From contig JADEYG010000015.1 in the NCBI GenBank assembly GCA_016906335.1, positions 1,054,001 to 1,118,000 on the forward strand: DNA of 64,000 nucleotides, in the 5' to 3' direction. The translations under genes and the position numbers were made by a program. The DNA comes from Novakomyces olei. Taxonomy: Eukaryota. This document shows, in pieces, positions 60,385 to 64,000 of this stretch (position 1 is its first letter; each line of letters opens with the position of its first letter). The notes beneath the pieces were generated by a model. That model worked only from the letters and a program-made list of their open reading frames with translations, did no database searches and was not told the DNA's origin.

Positions 60385-60680
60385 AGCATGATTCGAGACG
60401 CGTTTGATCCTCGCGAAATGTAAATTACCAAGAAAAAGAATAATTTTAATCACAATTAAGTCACATCTTAGTCACATCTTAATCATATTGTTTCCAGCTT
60501 AGACTACTGCACTGCGGGATACAAGCAATAATACAGCAGTCTGCCTAACAAAATCTCAACCGATAATTATACTTTATACTGCCGCCTGAAATTATCCTAT
60601 AATATCGCCTTTCTCCTATCTGCCTGCTATCTCTAATTCTTTTTGCTTGAGCTAATCTTGTCATATCGATAACGACGCCA

Positions 60681-62592
60681 ATGGCTCCAGAGGGGAAGTC
60701 GGGCCAGCAATTATGGGGCGGCCGGTTCACGGGTACGCATAGTTTTAAATTTATAATGCTTACATCTAGGCCAAACTGACCCTTTAATGACGGCTTATAA
60801 TGTATGAAATGAAACCAGCAACTTTTTTTTTTTTTTCTCTTTTTGCTTTTTTTTTTTTCCTTTTTTTGGTCATTCTTACAAAGCCAGGAATCAATTCATT
60901 ATGATAAACGTATGCACTCGGCCGATGTACGCGGGTCTCAAGCGTATGCTCGTGCAATGTGCAAGCGTGGCATTTTGACAGAAAACGAACGTGATGAAAT
61001 CATACGAGGACTGGACGCAGTAGAGGCCGAATGGGCGGCTGGCAACTTTACAATACGGTCGACTGATGAAGACATTCATACGGCCAATGAGCGACGGCTG
61101 GGCGAAATAATTGGAACAAACATCGCTGGCAAATTGCACACTGGCCGTTCTCGCAATGATCAAGTTGCCACCGATATGCGGATCTGGCTACGAGAAGAAG
61201 CGGACAAGCTTATTGCTGTACTCAAAGAATTCATTAAAATCACAGCCTCTCGAGCCGCGAACGAAATAGACGCTCTAATACCGGGATACACTCATTTGCA
61301 GGTAGGCTTACCATTGCTTCCATTATATATTTTTGAATTTTTTTAGAGACTTGAGCTAAAATACAGCGCGCCCAACCCATACGCTGGGCGCATTGGCTCT
61401 GCTGCTATGCCTTTTACTTCAAATCCGATTTGGAACGTCTTGAACAGCTTCGTAAACGTATCAATCTGTTGCCTCTCGGGGCTGGAGCACTTGCAGGAAA
61501 CCCGTTTGCTGTTGACCGCGAGTTTCTACGTGAGCAACTGGGTTTTGATGGAATCATTATGAACTCTTTGCAGGCAGTCAGCGATCGAGATTTTGTAGCT
61601 GAGTTTTTGTACTGGGGCTCACAAACGATGAATCACATTAGTCGTTGGGCGGAAGACTTGATTATTTACAGCACAGCCGAGTTTGGCTTCATAACACTCG
61701 CTGATGCCTATAGGTATGATATTGTTGTCACCTTCAGAACATTGTTTCCTTTTGGCCTTATAATGCACTTGATACTTTTCACATCTATCGTGGGGTTTAC
61801 CATATTTCTGTGTCTTAGCTTCTAATCTTTGCTCCTTAATTTACGTTTTTCTTCTAATTCATAGTACTGGCAGCAGCTTGATGCCACAAAAGAAAAACTC
61901 AGACAGCTTGGAGCTTTTACGAGGAAAGAGCGGTCGTGTGTTTGGTCAGCTGGCAGGATTCCTTATGACGCTAAAAGGTGTTCCGAGTTCTTATGATAAG
62001 GACTTGCAGGAGGACAAGGAGCCTTTATTTGATTGCGTAAAGACATTGAGTGATTCTCTTTTAATCGCTACTGGCGTGCTGTCCACTCTGAGTATTCACG
62101 CGGACCGCATGAAGGCTGCTCTTACTATGGATATGCTGGCAACTGATTTGGCTGGTGAGTTGAGAACCTTGCTCTTTTTGTATCAAAAGCTATCTGTATA
62201 ATGAATATGTTTGATTACTTTATTTTGTCTGCTTTTAGACTAAATCAGATCAAGATTTGTTTTCATTTTTTTTTATTTCTTTTTTTAATTTCATACATTG
62301 TTAGATGTTTAATTATCCCGCTAATGTTCAAGATTATCTCGTACGCAAAGGTGTACCCTTCCGTGAGACTCATCATATCAGCGGATCGGCAGTTCGTCTG
62401 GCGGAAGAGCAAAAGCTCTCCGGAATTGACAAGTTATCTTTGGAAGAACTGAAACGGCTCCATCCGGCCTTTGACAACGACGTTTGCAGTGTTTTTGACT
62501 TTGAGGCGAGTGTAGAACGTCGCACTGCCATTGGAGGGACAAGTCGTGAATGCGTGCTTCAGCAGCTTCAAGTGCTGCGAGATTTTGCTTAA
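60681..62592 (+). CDS. ARG4: Argininosuccinate lyase, 6 exons
   Basis: 'LWGGRFTG', '[12 protein letters not shown]', '[14 protein letters not shown]', 'PGYTHLQ|RAQP', '[10 protein letters not shown]'. Confidence 0.97.
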
Positions 62593-62832
62593 ATGTACCA
62601 TAAATAAATGTACAATTGTGGACAGAGTTCATAACGAGAGTGAAGCTCGCATCGTTTTACTGTAAACTCGATTTTTTTGTTGGCAATCATCAAGTCTGTT
62701 TTAAATTTAAACAATTTTATCAAATTATTTATCTATATTTTCGTATTTATGTTTATATCCAATCTTTGACGATATTACATACACGTATTATAAACTATCC
62801 ATGATTCAAATCAAATGCATCACGCTTCCGTA

Positions 62833-64000
62833 TCAAACTGCCTGCATTTCCACTTGCTCGTAACCTTGCGCCCTAACCCTAAACAAATGCCTCCAATCGG
62901 CCCCTGAGTATAGGATACGCGTTACACGATGCCACCAGGGCACAGGCCCATTGGCCCGATGAGCCGCGAAATTCGGTTTCTGCCAGAACCTGAGCAGGAG
63001 ACTGCTGCATACAACAGATACACTGGAAAGTGCCATTGCGGCTCCCGCCATCATTGGATGCAGGGAAACACCAAACGGAACAAAGATGCCCATGGCAAAA
63101 GGTACAGCGATTAAATTGTAGCAAAAAGCCCACAATAAATTAAGTTTTATGCGCCGGAAAATCGCTCTTGAAAGCACAATTGACGCAGGAATATCGAGTA
63201 GATCGTCCCTCATTAATACGATACTGGCAGCGTCCATTGCCACGTCTGTGCTTGAAGCAAATGCAATACCTATGTCTGCAGCAGCCAGGGCCGGAGAGTC
63301 GTTGATTCCGTCGCCCACCATTGCCACTGCCTTGCCTCCTCTATTATTATTCAATTCTGCTTGGAATTTTTGCACTAGATCCTTCTTCCCTGCAGGCAAA
63401 ACGTCGCCAAAGACTCGATCAGTATCAATCCCCACTTGCCGGGCCACGTGCAAGGCGACCCGAGTACTGTCTCCAGAGACAATGCCGACACGGATTCCCA
63501 GCTGCTTCAGCACCTGCACTGTACGAGCTGCCTGAGGCCGTAGAGAGTCCCCGAGGATACAAGATCCGGCGTACGCGCCATCAACACCCAAACAAACGTG
63601 CGTGTATCCACTGGCCTCTGCGACAGCCGCCATTTCGTCAAAGACGGGGGTAAAGGAGTACCCATCCTCGGCCAAAAACGAGGGCTTGCCCACGAGAAAG
63701 GTGTGCGTGGCGGAACGTGCGCGCACGCCTTTGCCAGGCACTGCCTGCAAACTGTATCCAACAAAAGGAGAGTCCGGGTCAGTATTAGGGTTAGGGTCAA
63801 AATTAGGGTTAGGGTCAGTATTAGACTCAGGGTTAGGGTCAATATTAGAGTTAGGGTTAGGGTTATCATTTCCCAGTTTATTGCCCAGCTTTTCTAGCGC
63901 AATTGCCCTGAGAGCAAGGCCGATAGGGTGCTGTGTCGCACTCTCGACCTGATAGATGTACTGCCAAAACTGCAGCTCGTCAGCCAGCGTAGTGGCCGAG
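62833..64000 (-). CDS. CCC2: P1B Cu-transporting ATPase Ccc2, 5' partial
   Basis: Frame is open from 63999: 'QHPIG', 'VPGKGV', 'SGD', 'MVGDGINDSPALA', 'YNLIAVP', 'MALSSVSVV'. Confidence 0.93.
   Translation of the reverse strand, partial: SATTLADELQFWQYIYQVESATQHPIGLALRAIALEKLGNKLGNDNPNPNSNIDPNPESNTDPNPNFDPNPNTDPDSPFVGYSLQAVPGKGVRARSATHTFLVGKPSFLAEDGYSFTPVFDEMAAVAEASGYTHVCLGVDGAYAGSCILGDSLRPQAARTVQVLKQLGIRVGIVSGDSTRVALHVARQVGIDTDRVFGDVLPAGKKDLVQKFQAELNNNRGGKAVAMVGDGINDSPALAAADIGIAFASSTDVAMDAASIVLMRDDLLDIPASIVLSRAIFRRIKLNLLWAFCYNLIAVPFAMGIFVPFGVSLHPMMAGAAMALSSVSVVCSSLLLRFWQKPNFAAHRANGPVPWWHRVTRILYSGADWRHLFRVRAQGYEQVEMQAV
63773..63865. repeat. Telomere-like (TTAGGG) 18-bp-unit repeat inside the CCC2 coding sequence
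   Basis: On the minus strand, GACCCTAACCCTAATACT-type units x4-5. Confidence 0.9.

Noticed and set aside
63507-63952. Alternative-frame ORFs (ITLTLTL.., RVRVRV..)
   Set aside because: These are translations of the TTAGGG-like repeat overlapping CCC2.

Overview
Gene-dense eukaryotic (ascomycete fungal) genomic DNA with about 26 protein-coding genes, mostly housekeeping: INO80 (5' partial), a Zn2Cys6 transcription factor, RPA49, SEC72, DCP1, MEK1, a MUG113/T5orf172-domain gene, a GT34 glycosyltransferase, MID1, RPT3, ERF4, alpha-actinin, CTR9, DUF89/ARMT1, an acyltransferase, PET127, DUF2015, NUP170, eL28, MDH, PSR1, lipin, an FN3/coiled-coil protein, a POP8-like gene, ARG4 and CCC2 (5' partial), plus two orphan ORFs. 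Very short introns (33-40 nt), frequent AAG acceptors and the presence of alpha-actinin and eL28 suggest a Taphrinomycotina-like lineage; this is an inference. I saw no tRNA, rRNA, CRISPR array or transposase. The most notable observations are: (1) a 279-nt MDH intron that folds into one long nested hairpin next to a 5-nt microexon; (2) telomere-type CCCTAA repeats read in frame inside the CCC2 nucleotide-binding domain; (3) a recurring 15-19 bp telomere-like motif, including an inverted pair flanking the Zn2Cys6 gene; (4) an ERF4 gene with no clean ATG start; and (5) a different simple-sequence repeat in nearly every promoter. All calls come from manual reading and motif recall; no searches were run.
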